The notes under the pieces: generated by a model
What the model saw: only the letters and a program-made list of their open reading frames with translations
Told to the model about the DNA's origin: nothing
Databases searched by the model: none
Shown here: positions 48,844-57,449 of the stretch, piece after piece
How the letters are laid out: each line of letters starts with the position of its first letter
Numbering within the stretch: the first letter of the stretch is position 1
Assembly (NCBI GenBank): GCA_022824225.1
Contig: JAJEAH010000028.1
Coordinates: 65,766-129,765 of the forward strand
Reading direction: 5' to 3'
DNA length: 64,000 bases
Source of the DNA: Chloroflexota bacterium
Lineage (GTDB): Bacteria > Chloroflexota > UBA11872 > VXOZ01
Translations under genes and position numbers: made by a program

Positions 48844-49905
48844 ATGGTCACGGGCTGGCGCGCTCCCAACGGATTGCAGCTACGCGAGAGTTCGCAAGCA
48901 ACAGTGTCTGCTATCGCCGTACAGAATCTTGCCAAGTATTATGAGGTCCACCAGAAAGAACCGGGACTGGTGGGGTCGCTCAAGTCGTTTGTGCTGCGCA
49001 AGACCTATGACGTGAAGGCGGTGGACGACATCTCGTTCACCATCGAGAGCGGCGAGTTGGTCGGCTTTCTCGGTCCCAACGGCGCGGGCAAGACCACTAC
49101 CCTCAAGGTGTTGGCCGGCTTGCTCTACCCGACCGGAGGCGAGGTCTCCGTGTTGGGCCACACGCCGTGGGAACGCCAGGCGACGTTTCAACGGCAATTT
49201 GCGCTGGTCATGGGGCAGAAGAACCAGCTCTGGTGGGACTTGCCGCCCATGGAAACGTTCATCCTGAACAGAGAGATCTACGAAGTGCCGGAAGCGCAGT
49301 TCCAGGAAACGCTAGACGAGTTGGTGCAGATCCTTGAATTGGAGAAGGTCGTCAACGTACAGGCGCGCAAGCTCTCCCTGGGGGAGCGCATGAAGTGCGA
49401 GTTGCTGGCCGCGCTGCTGCACCGGCCGCAGGTGCTCTTTCTGGATGAACCCACTATCGGCCTTGACGTGGTGATGCAGCAGAATATCCGCAACTTCGTG
49501 CGCGAGTACAACGCCCGCTACGGCGCTACCGTCATTCTCACGAGCCACTACATGCGCGACGTGGAAGCGCTCTGCGACCGGGTGCTCATCATCGACCACG
49601 GCCATCTTGTCTTCGACGGCGAACTGGAGACAGTCGTTCGCCGCTATGCTGACTATAAGTTCCTCACCGTAACATTCGCCACCCCGGTGGCGGAAGCTGA
49701 GTTGGCGGAGTTCGGCGCGGTGACTGCCTACCGCCCTCGCACCACCACCCTGCGCATCGCCCGCGACGCCGTGCCGCAGGTCTCTGCCCGACTGCTGCAG
49801 GACTACCCCGTGTTGGACCTTAACATCGTCGAACCCGAGGTTGACGAGGTGGTGCGTCAGTTCTTCTCCGGCGAACGGCCCGCGTATGCAGAAACTGTTT
49901 CGTAA
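48844..49905 (+). CDS. ABC transporter ATP-binding protein (ABC-2 / COG4586-like)
   Basis: Walker A GPNGAGKTT, signature LSLGERMKC, Walker B LFLDEPT. The start may be downstream, at a GTG near 48904. Confidence 0.85.
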   Translation: MVTGWRAPNGLQLRESSQATVSAIAVQNLAKYYEVHQKEPGLVGSLKSFVLRKTYDVKAVDDISFTIESGELVGFLGPNGAGKTTTLKVLAGLLYPTGGEVSVLGHTPWERQATFQRQFALVMGQKNQLWWDLPPMETFILNREIYEVPEAQFQETLDELVQILELEKVVNVQARKLSLGERMKCELLAALLHRPQVLFLDEPTIGLDVVMQQNIRNFVREYNARYGATVILTSHYMRDVEALCDRVLIIDHGHLVFDGELETVVRRYADYKFLTVTFATPVAEAELAEFGAVTAYRPRTTTLRIARDAVPQVSARLLQDYPVLDLNIVEPEVDEVVRQFFSGERPAYAETVS

Positions 49906-50698
49906 ATTACGCGCGGCCTTTCTCTTTTCATGGCAAGATGCCCTCACGTATCGCGCCGAGGGCTTTGTGTGGTTCATCAACGACGCCGTTATACCGCTCG
50001 TGATGATTGCGCTCTGGCTGGCGGCGTACCGCACCGTTGATCGGGTTGGAGCGTACGCGGTCGAGGACATGGTGCACTACTACGTCATGTTCTTGGCCCT
50101 GAGCACGATTCTGACGCCCTATCCGGAGGGGTACTCGAGCTACCTCATTCGCAATGGCACGATCTCTCTGCACCTTGTGCGGCCGTTCCCGTTCCAACTG
50201 TGGTTGCTCGCAGGTGAAATCGCTGGAAGAGGCGTCCGGCTCTTCTTTCTCATCCCGCTCATTCTATTGATTGTCCTTATTCTTGGGCCGGGCCTGCTGG
50301 AGGCTTTCGCGCTTACGTGGGAGACTGCGCCCATCCTGCTGGCGAGCATGGTACTTTCCTTTTTGCTAAGCTACTGCCTCAAGCTGTCCATCGGCCTGCT
50401 GGCGTTCTGGATAGGTCGCATTGATGGAATTGCCCAAGTGTTTATTATTGTCAAGATTTTTCTGGCCGGGAACATCATGCCTTTGGACTTGATGCCGCCG
50501 GCAGTGGAGCGACTGACGTTTTTTCTGCCGTTTCGCTACCTCTACTTCTTCCCGGTGCAGTTGCTCCAGGGCCGGCTCGACTTTCTGTCTGCGCTGGGCG
50601 GGCTCGCTATACAGGGCATGTGGTTGGTACTGGCGTACCTGCTGATGCAATGGGTGTTTGCCGCTGGGGTGCGCCGCTACGGCGCGTATGGAGGCTGA
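49886..50698 (+). CDS. ABC-2 family transporter permease (COG4587-like), copy A1
   Basis: Six TM helices; ends ...WVFAAGVRRYGAYGG. Overlaps the ATPase gene by about 20 nt. Confidence 0.75.
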   Translation: MQKLFRKLRAAFLFSWQDALTYRAEGFVWFINDAVIPLVMIALWLAAYRTVDRVGAYAVEDMVHYYVMFLALSTILTPYPEGYSSYLIRNGTISLHLVRPFPFQLWLLAGEIAGRGVRLFFLIPLILLIVLILGPGLLEAFALTWETAPILLASMVLSFLLSYCLKLSIGLLAFWIGRIDGIAQVFIIVKIFLAGNIMPLDLMPPAVERLTFFLPFRYLYFFPVQLLQGRLDFLSALGGLAIQGMWLVLAYLLMQWVFAAGVRRYGAYGG

Positions 50699-50701
50699 AT
50701 A

Positions 50702-51490
50702 ATGCAACGGTACGTGCGGCTCTACCTCGCCTTTGCAAAGAATTCCATCCTGGACTCGCTGGAATATCGGCTGAGTTTTACGGTTTGGAGCATTGCGACG
50801 GTCCTCCTCGCTGTGGTCTACGTGCTTTCGCTCCAATTCATCTTTGCCCACGTACAGACGATCGCCGGCTGGCGTATGGAGCAGATGCTGGTGCTGGCGG
50901 CCACCGTGATGATCGTAGATGGCATTGTGGAGTCGATCTTTGGCGAAAATATGAACGCGCTCTCCGGGCTCATTAATCGTGGGGAGCTTGATTTTGTGTT
51001 GAGCAAGCCGGTAAGTTCACGCTTCTACGTCTCAACGCGGCGGTTTGATTGGGACCCGTTAGTACAGGTGGGTACTGGATGCGCCGTACTGTGGTACGCG
51101 ATCGGGATGCTCGCGCAGCCGATTGCATGGCACGGCGCGCTGCTCTACGTGGGGCTGATACTGTGCGCGAGCTTGATGGCCTATTCCCTCTGGTTCATGG
51201 TCGTGTCGGTCACGTTCTGGGCCGGTAGGCTCAATAACGTGGCGAATCTCTACTACAACTTCATTGAGATCGCCCGCGTACCTACCGATGTCTTTCGCGG
51301 CTCGCTCCGCATCGGCCTGACGTTTGTGCTGCCGGTCGCTTTCATCGCCATGGTTCCCAGCCAAGCTCTCCTGGGCCTCCTCAGCCCCACCTTCACCCTC
51401 ACCGCCTTCGCCATGACCGCCGCCCTCCTCATCATTTCCCATCTCTTCTGGCGCCTGGCGTTGACGAAATACTCCAGCGCGAGTAGTTAG
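50702..51490 (+). CDS. ABC-2 family transporter permease (COG3694-like), copy B1
   Basis: MQRYVRLYLAFAKNSILDSLEYRLSF...; ends WRLALTKYSSASS. Confidence 0.75.
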   Translation: MQRYVRLYLAFAKNSILDSLEYRLSFTVWSIATVLLAVVYVLSLQFIFAHVQTIAGWRMEQMLVLAATVMIVDGIVESIFGENMNALSGLINRGELDFVLSKPVSSRFYVSTRRFDWDPLVQVGTGCAVLWYAIGMLAQPIAWHGALLYVGLILCASLMAYSLWFMVVSVTFWAGRLNNVANLYYNFIEIARVPTDVFRGSLRIGLTFVLPVAFIAMVPSQALLGLLSPTFTLTAFAMTAALLIISHLFWRLALTKYSSASS

Positions 51491-51501
51491 GCTGATTTGG
51501 C

Positions 51502-52314
51502 ATGCAAAAGCTGTATCCAAAAATACGCGCGGTGTTCCTCGCATTCTGGCAAGAGGCTTTGATGTATCGCGCGGAGAGTCTGGTCTGGTTCATCGGCGGG
51601 ACGATACTTCCGCTCGTGATGATTGCGCTCTGGCTGGCAGCCTACCGCACCGTAGACCGTATTGGCGATTACACCGTGCAGGACATGGTGAACTATTACG
51701 TCATGTTCCTGGTGTTGAACACTCTATTGACGCCGCATCTTGAATGGGCCATGGGCGACTCAATCCGCAGCGGGGCTTTCTCCATCCACCTAATACGACC
51801 GCTTCCCTATCATCTGTGGCAGCTTGCGGCGGAAATCGCGTATAAAGGCGTGCGGATTGTCTTCTTGGTGCCGATGTTGCTGCTCTTCCTGCTACTGTTT
51901 GGGCTGGAGATGCTCGGCGGCTTGGCGCTGAGATGGGAGATTGCGCCCATTCTGCTGGCCAGCATGGTCTTGTCGTTCTTGCTGAACTACTGCCTCAAGC
52001 TGTGCTTGGGTCTCTTGGCGTTCTGGGTGGGCCAGACAGCGGGCATTATCGAATCATACGCGGTAGTTACCATGTTCCTGGCCGGGAGCATCATTCCCTT
52101 GGACCTGATGCCGGCGGCAGTGGAGCGCGTGACGCACTTCCTACCATTTCGCTACCTGTACTTCTTTCAGGTGCAGTTGCTCCAGGGCAGGCTTGACCTC
52201 CTGTCTGCACTCAGTGGGCTCGCCATACAGGCGTGTTGGCTGCTGGTGTGCTACCTGTTCGTGCAGTGGGTGTTTGCCGCCGGGGTGCGCCGCTACGGCG
52301 CATATGGAGGGTAG
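51502..52314 (+). CDS. ABC-2 family transporter permease, copy A2 (about 70% identical to A1)
   Basis: MQKLYPKIRAVFLAFWQEALMYRAES...; same C-terminal motif as A1. Confidence 0.75.
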   Translation: MQKLYPKIRAVFLAFWQEALMYRAESLVWFIGGTILPLVMIALWLAAYRTVDRIGDYTVQDMVNYYVMFLVLNTLLTPHLEWAMGDSIRSGAFSIHLIRPLPYHLWQLAAEIAYKGVRIVFLVPMLLLFLLLFGLEMLGGLALRWEIAPILLASMVLSFLLNYCLKLCLGLLAFWVGQTAGIIESYAVVTMFLAGSIIPLDLMPAAVERVTHFLPFRYLYFFQVQLLQGRLDLLSALSGLAIQACWLLVCYLFVQWVFAAGVRRYGAYGG

Positions 52315-52317
52315 CCT

Positions 52318-53106
52318 ATGCAACGCTACGCGCGGCTCTACCTGGCCTTTGCCAAGAACTCTTTCCTCAATGCGCTGGAATACCGGCTAAGTTTCACGGT
52401 GTGGAGCATCGCGACCATCTGCTATACCGCGGTCTACGTGGCCTCGATCCAGATCATCTTCAACCACGTGCAGACGATTGGCGGCTGGCGGGTGGAGCAG
52501 ATGCTGGTGCTGGCAGCCACGGTGATGATTGTGGACGGCCTGGTGGAGACGGTCTTTGGGGAGAACATGAACGCGCTATCGGGACTCATCAACCGCGGCG
52601 AACTGGACTTCGTACTAACCAAGCCGGTGAGTGCGCGCTTCTACGTGTCCACCCGCCGTTTCGATTGGGACCCGTTGGTGCAGGTCGTAATCGGCTGCGG
52701 CGTGCTGTGGTACGCGCTGGGCCAGTCCGCCGAGCCGGTCACCTGGCACGGCGCGCTGCTCTACACCGCTCTGGTGCTGTGCGCCTGCCTGATGGCCTAC
52801 TCGCTCTGGTTCGCGGTGGTAGCGGCGACGTTCTTTGCCGGGCGGCTGAACAATGTCGGCTACCTCTACTACAATTTCATCGAGGTCGCCCGTGTGCCTA
52901 CCAGCGTGTTTCGCGGCGGCGTGCGCCTGGGGCTTACCTTCGTAATCCCGGTGGCCTTCATCGCCACGGTTCCCAGCCAAGCCCTATTGGGCCTGCTTTC
53001 CCCGGCTTTTGCCGCCGCCGCCTTCGCCATGACGGCGGGACTGCTCATCCTCTCGCACATATTTTGGAGACTGGCGTTGACGAAGTACTCCAGCGCGAGT
53101 AGCTAG
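52318..53106 (+). CDS. ABC-2 family transporter permease, copy B2 (about 80% identical to B1)
   Basis: MQRYARLYLAFAKNSFLNALEYRLSF...; same C-terminal motif as B1. Confidence 0.75.
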   Translation: MQRYARLYLAFAKNSFLNALEYRLSFTVWSIATICYTAVYVASIQIIFNHVQTIGGWRVEQMLVLAATVMIVDGLVETVFGENMNALSGLINRGELDFVLTKPVSARFYVSTRRFDWDPLVQVVIGCGVLWYALGQSAEPVTWHGALLYTALVLCACLMAYSLWFAVVAATFFAGRLNNVGYLYYNFIEVARVPTSVFRGGVRLGLTFVIPVAFIATVPSQALLGLLSPAFAAAAFAMTAGLLILSHIFWRLALTKYSSASS

Positions 53107-53149
53107 AGCATAGCCTTAGTTGGGAAAGAAATGTGGTAAACGCATCTGT

Positions 53150-53190
53150 TGACTTGAAGGTTCAGCGTTTGTGATATTTGGAGTGTGGCA
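53150..53190 (+). promoter_or_regulatory. Candidate sigma-70-like promoter (TTGACT, ~17 nt spacer, TGtGATATT) upstream of the low-GC gene pair
   Basis: Sequence ttgacttgaaggttcagcgtttgtgatattt lies in an AT-richer stretch directly upstream of the ORF at 53252. Confidence 0.3.
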
Positions 53191-53251
53191 GAAGGTTTTA
53201 ATACACAGGACAATGCTGAATGCGAACTGGGCTGCAGGAATCGAGACGTGC

Positions 53252-53896
53252 ATGAGCAAGCTGAACAGGAACTTCCTAAGAATTGCCGGCGTGGCCTTGG
53301 CGGCATTGTGCGTGGCTTTGCTTGCGGCGAACGCAGTTGCCCCCGAAAAGGCTACACCAATTGAGGTACTAGGGATTGCCCAAGCTCTTGTCACGATTGT
53401 TGCTATCGTCGCCGGTGGGTCATTTGCGGCCTATAAGTGGCAGGTCTTCCGAGAATCCGAGCCACACTTGACGATCACGCACGAGGTTTCATTCCGGCGA
53501 ATCGGTGAAAGCTATGTGCACATCGCTGTTACCGCAGTACTAGGGAATAACTCCAGGGTCCAAATAGAGCTCCGCGATGGATTCTTCGTTTTGCAGCAGG
53601 TGTCCCCAACATCAAAGGAAGATGTCGAGTCCCTCTATGCTGGTGTATTTCTGCAAAGGGATTACGACGACATCCAATGGCCAATTTTACATAACATACG
53701 GCGCGAATGGCACGAGAGTGAATTGATAGTGGAGCCCGGTGAAGTACATCCAGAGACGATCGAGTTCATAGTCTCAGAAGAGGTTGAATCAGTGATCATA
53801 TATACATACTTCTATAATTCAAGACACTCGCAAGGCGATCGGGCTGCCGAGGGGTGGGGCGCCACAACAGTACTTGATACAATTGAAGGGAATTGA
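53252..53896 (+). CDS. Hypothetical membrane-anchored protein in a low-GC islet
   Basis: Start at the MSKLNRNFLRIAGVALAALCVALLA signal-anchor, a second TM, then an ~170-aa soluble domain. Local GC is about 50%, against about 65% background. Confidence 0.45.
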   Translation: MSKLNRNFLRIAGVALAALCVALLAANAVAPEKATPIEVLGIAQALVTIVAIVAGGSFAAYKWQVFRESEPHLTITHEVSFRRIGESYVHIAVTAVLGNNSRVQIELRDGFFVLQQVSPTSKEDVESLYAGVFLQRDYDDIQWPILHNIRREWHESELIVEPGEVHPETIEFIVSEEVESVIIYTYFYNSRHSQGDRAAEGWGATTVLDTIEGN

Positions 53897-53921
53897 AGAG
53901 GAACTGCACAAGGAGCGCACA

Positions 53922-54089
53922 ATGGAAGGCAAACGTGAAAACAAAGCGAGAGTGGTGATAAAGAAGGGTAAAGGGCCCAAGCAGATACCTTCTGGATATA
54001 AGCCTCCGCCAAAGCCTCCGGGCGGCACTTCTCCCTCTAGTCCAAAGCCTAACTCCTCAAGAACAAGCAAACCCTCTCAATCTAGCTAG
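53922..54089 (+). CDS. Small Lys/Pro-rich hypothetical protein (about 55 aa)
   Basis: AAGGAG ribosome-binding site 7 nt upstream of the ATG. MEGKRENKARVVIKKGKGPKQIPSGYKPPPKPPGGTSPSSPKPNSS... The composition is low-complexity, so it could be non-coding. Confidence 0.3.
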   Translation: MEGKRENKARVVIKKGKGPKQIPSGYKPPPKPPGGTSPSSPKPNSSRTSKPSQSS

Positions 54090-54181
54090 CTGTAGACTCT
54101 GCGATGCAGCTCAAGACCCCATTGGGTGCGTACAACACTCACCCTCAAATCATTCGTGAGGAAGCAGAGCAAGCCAATCGG

Positions 54182-55570
54182 CTAGTCTAATTCTCCATTG
54201 AGTTCTGCCAGAAGCTTTAGGCTGACGGCAACAGTTTTGGTCTCGCTATTCGGGGCGATGGTGGCGGGCAGGCGGTAGACGGCGTGGGCGCGGTGGACTT
54301 CGTAGCCGCCGGCGGGGTAGGCGGCGTTGGTGGGAATGTAGCCCAGGCAGCCGTTGGTGTAGCCGAGGAAGATGGTGTGGGGGATTGGGGAGCGGGCTTT
54401 CACGGCGAGGCCGATTTCAACGAAAGCCTCGCCGGCAACGCCCACCAGCGCCACGTCGCCGATGCGCAGGGCTTGTACGGCGCACGCCACTTTGCCGTCC
54501 ACGAGCGGCGGCTCCAGGTAGGGAAACGTCTGGTGCGAGTGTCCCGCATCCGGGATGGGCGGCTGCTCTGTCCAGAGGTCGAGCCGGAGCGTCTCGGCCG
54601 CGGCGGCGAGCATTGGTCTTTGGCGCCTTGGCGCTGCAGTGGCTGACAAGTCGAGCAATCTCTCAGACAGGGGGGTGGCGTCGAGCGACTCGGACACGGA
54701 GGGAGCTTTGCTATCTGCGGCCCGGCTCGCCTGTTGCTTCCCTTTGCGGACCGCTTCCTGCGCACGCTGGGCCAGTTGGCCGAGGGCGTCGTGCACGCGG
54801 AGGGCCTCGGCGCCGAGCAGATTGCCTGTCAGCCCCAGCCGCGCTTCCATGTCCATGTCGGGGCCGACGGGCACGAGGTTGCCGGCCGCGCCTTGGGCGA
54901 AGAGTACCGGCGCTCCGATCTGCGGCTCAACGTGCTCACGCAGCGCGTAGACGAAGTCCGCTGAAAACGCGTGGCTGGGCGGCCGCAGCGCCACGGGATG
55001 GCACGCATAGGCGGTGACCATCGCCACCGGCGTGCCGTCAAGGCCGTCAATTCGCACCACGTGCAGGTCGGAGTCTACCGTGCCTGCCGGGGATTCCGGC
55101 GTCACGGCGTCGCCGTAGCCGTTGCGGTGGCGGCGATTGATGCTCGCCCGCACAGACCCCTTGCCGGAGCTGGCGCGGCACGGCGTGAGGTCTGCCGCCG
55201 CTTGTGCGACTGACTCGACGATGCCGTCAAGCACTGACTCGACCGCGCGCCGCAGCGAGGCCGGAGTCTCCTGGTTGAAGGTCGTGAGCGGACCCGAGTG
55301 GGCATGGGAAGTGTTGAGCAGCATGTGGCCGGGCGGGATGCCGGTGCGCTCTTCGATGCGTCGCTGTATGTACCGCACCTGCCGGTGGGGCAACGCGCAG
55401 AGGTCGCACGTGATCAGGACAACCGTCGTGCCGCCGTCTGCAAGCACCAGCGACGTGGCGTAGATGTCGTCACGCACGGCATCCGCGCCGCGTTCGCGGC
55501 CGCCGTAGCCGATGAGCGGCGTGCCGAGGGGCGGCGTTAGGGTGGTGCGGCCTACACCGGCGTAGAGCAT
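54182..55570 (-). CDS. Neutral/alkaline ceramidase-like hydrolase family protein
   Basis: The N-terminal region MLYAGVGRTTLTPPLGTPLIGYGGRERGADAVRDDIYATSLVL...NTSHAHSGP resembles the neutral-ceramidase N-terminal domain. Confidence 0.6.
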   Translation of the reverse strand: MLYAGVGRTTLTPPLGTPLIGYGGRERGADAVRDDIYATSLVLADGGTTVVLITCDLCALPHRQVRYIQRRIEERTGIPPGHMLLNTSHAHSGPLTTFNQETPASLRRAVESVLDGIVESVAQAAADLTPCRASSGKGSVRASINRRHRNGYGDAVTPESPAGTVDSDLHVVRIDGLDGTPVAMVTAYACHPVALRPPSHAFSADFVYALREHVEPQIGAPVLFAQGAAGNLVPVGPDMDMEARLGLTGNLLGAEALRVHDALGQLAQRAQEAVRKGKQQASRAADSKAPSVSESLDATPLSERLLDLSATAAPRRQRPMLAAAAETLRLDLWTEQPPIPDAGHSHQTFPYLEPPLVDGKVACAVQALRIGDVALVGVAGEAFVEIGLAVKARSPIPHTIFLGYTNGCLGYIPTNAAYPAGGYEVHRAHAVYRLPATIAPNSETKTVAVSLKLLAELNGELD

Positions 55571-55642
55571 GGTCTTGTGCTTTTCTGTTGGCTGATTTCC
55601 AGCGGGGCTTTGGCTGGGTTTGGTGGTGTCAAAGCGGTAGTG

Positions 55643-55776
55643 GTAGCGCTTCGACAGGCTCAGCGCGAACGGACTGATTTGGTGCGCTTCGACAGGCTCA
55701 GCGCGAACGGATTGGTTTGGTGTGCTTCGACAGGCTCAGCGCGAATGGGTTGATTTGGTGCGCTTCGACGAGCGCA
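55643..55776. repeat. Tandem direct repeat, 3.5 copies of a 38-39-bp unit (tgcgcttcgacaggctcagcgcgaacggattgatttgg)
   Basis: Directly visible: the units start at 55643, 55682 and 55720, with a partial fourth copy. Confidence 0.85.
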
Positions 55777-55974
55777 GTTCCGGTCCGCCGTAGGGCGCAC
55801 ACTCCTGGTTGTCGAACTGCTTTGTTTTGACGAGTTTCTTGCAATACGCGATTTCCCGCCATAACTGGGTAGAGCGCACTTTCGCGCACATCCCGAGTGA
55901 ACCTACGCTACCGTCATCTCTATGCATCGCCTCAAAATGGTTGAGCCACTGGGGCAGACTCACAGGATTGCTGA

Positions 55975-57237
55975 CTAACTCGCCGTTGCCGCAAGCGCAT
56001 CCTGGTTGGCATGGATCTTCGCCACGGCGTCCACGATGTCCTGCATGTCAGCTTGGGCGCCCAGCAACATGGGCTGGTTGAAGCGCAGGGCTTCCTGACC
56101 GCAGAGGCGTTCCACGTTCGGTAGATGCAGGTTGGCGTAATCCATGCGTTTCATCGCGGGGTGGTCGCAGGCGTCGGGACAGTGGTCCCGCAGGCGCGTG
56201 CTCGCCTCTTGGAAGAGCGGCAGTTTGTAAATGGGATCGCCATAGCCCAAAGCGCACGGAATGCCCTCGGCCCGCAGAGCTTTGGCAAAGGCTTCGCGCG
56301 AAACGGGCGCGCCGGTGCTGAATTCCTCGCTGATATAGCGCACGCCGAGACCGTGCAGTCCGTGACCGGTGACGAACGGGTCTTCCCGCGTGGGCGCGAT
56401 ACCGGGAATCTCCGCCAGGGCGTCGCGCAGGAAGGCGGCGTTCGCCTGGCGGCGGGCCTGCAGGGACGGAAAGCGTTTGAGTTGCGAGAGGATCAGCGCG
56501 GCCGTCATCCCCGTCAGCCGGTAGTTCCAGCCCAGCACCTCGTAATTGATGTGCATCAACATAAATGCCTTCTCGGCGATCTCCGGGTCGTTGGTGACGA
56601 CCGCGCCGCCCTCGCCGCCCGGCAGGTTCTTGCTGGCCTGGAAGGAGTACTCGCCAACGTCGCCAATGGTGCCGACCCGCTGCCCGTTCCACGTGCCGCC
56701 GATGCCTTGGGCGGCATCCTCGACGACGCGGAGTCCGTGCCGCGCTGCCAGCGCGTTGATGGCGGCCATGTCGCAGGGCAGGCCGGAGACGTGAACGGGC
56801 AAGAGCGCGCGGGTGCGCTCGGTGATGAGCGACTCCATGGAGGCGGGATCCACGTTTTCCGTTTCCGGGATGATGTCGGCGAACACCGGTACGCCGCCCA
56901 CCTGCAATACCGCCGTGGCCGTGGCCACATACGTATACGCGGGCACGATGACCTCGTCGCCGGGGCGCACGCCCGCGGCCTTGAGCGCAACCTCGATGCC
57001 CGCGGTGCCGCTGGCCAGGGCGATTACGTGAGCCGCGCCGGTGAATTCCCGCAGCGCTTCTTCCAAAGCCACCACCCGGTCAGTGCGCCAGCGGTTCCAC
57101 TTGCCGCTGCGCAGCACGTCGGCCACGGCGGCTATGTCTTCCTCGGTGGCGACCGGCCACGCGGGCCACGGTTGCGCCTGTATATCTCGCACCGGCGTGC
57201 CGCCGGCAACCGCGAGTTGGGCCACGGACACGGACAT
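55975..57237 (-). CDS. DegT/DnrJ/EryC1/StrS-family aminotransferase, second copy
   Basis: LAVAGGTPVR...YSFQASKNL (PLP lysine)... Confidence 0.8.
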   Translation of the reverse strand: MSVSVAQLAVAGGTPVRDIQAQPWPAWPVATEEDIAAVADVLRSGKWNRWRTDRVVALEEALREFTGAAHVIALASGTAGIEVALKAAGVRPGDEVIVPAYTYVATATAVLQVGGVPVFADIIPETENVDPASMESLITERTRALLPVHVSGLPCDMAAINALAARHGLRVVEDAAQGIGGTWNGQRVGTIGDVGEYSFQASKNLPGGEGGAVVTNDPEIAEKAFMLMHINYEVLGWNYRLTGMTAALILSQLKRFPSLQARRQANAAFLRDALAEIPGIAPTREDPFVTGHGLHGLGVRYISEEFSTGAPVSREAFAKALRAEGIPCALGYGDPIYKLPLFQEASTRLRDHCPDACDHPAMKRMDYANLHLPNVERLCGQEALRFNQPMLLGAQADMQDIVDAVAKIHANQDALAATAS

Positions 57238-57449
57238 GAGGCATTGCCTTTCTATGGCGGAGGGGCACGGCGCGCCGTGCCCCTCCGGACTTACTGAGGC
57301 TGAGAATCAGTAGCCGGTCGCCAAGACCGCCGCGCTGCATACGCGCAGGCCCGGCGCCGTCACTACGATTTTGTGCTGTGGGCCGCACCAAAGCAACAGG
57401 CCCACGCAAGTCGTACTGTTGACCTAAGCTATAGGCCTTTTCTCAAGGC

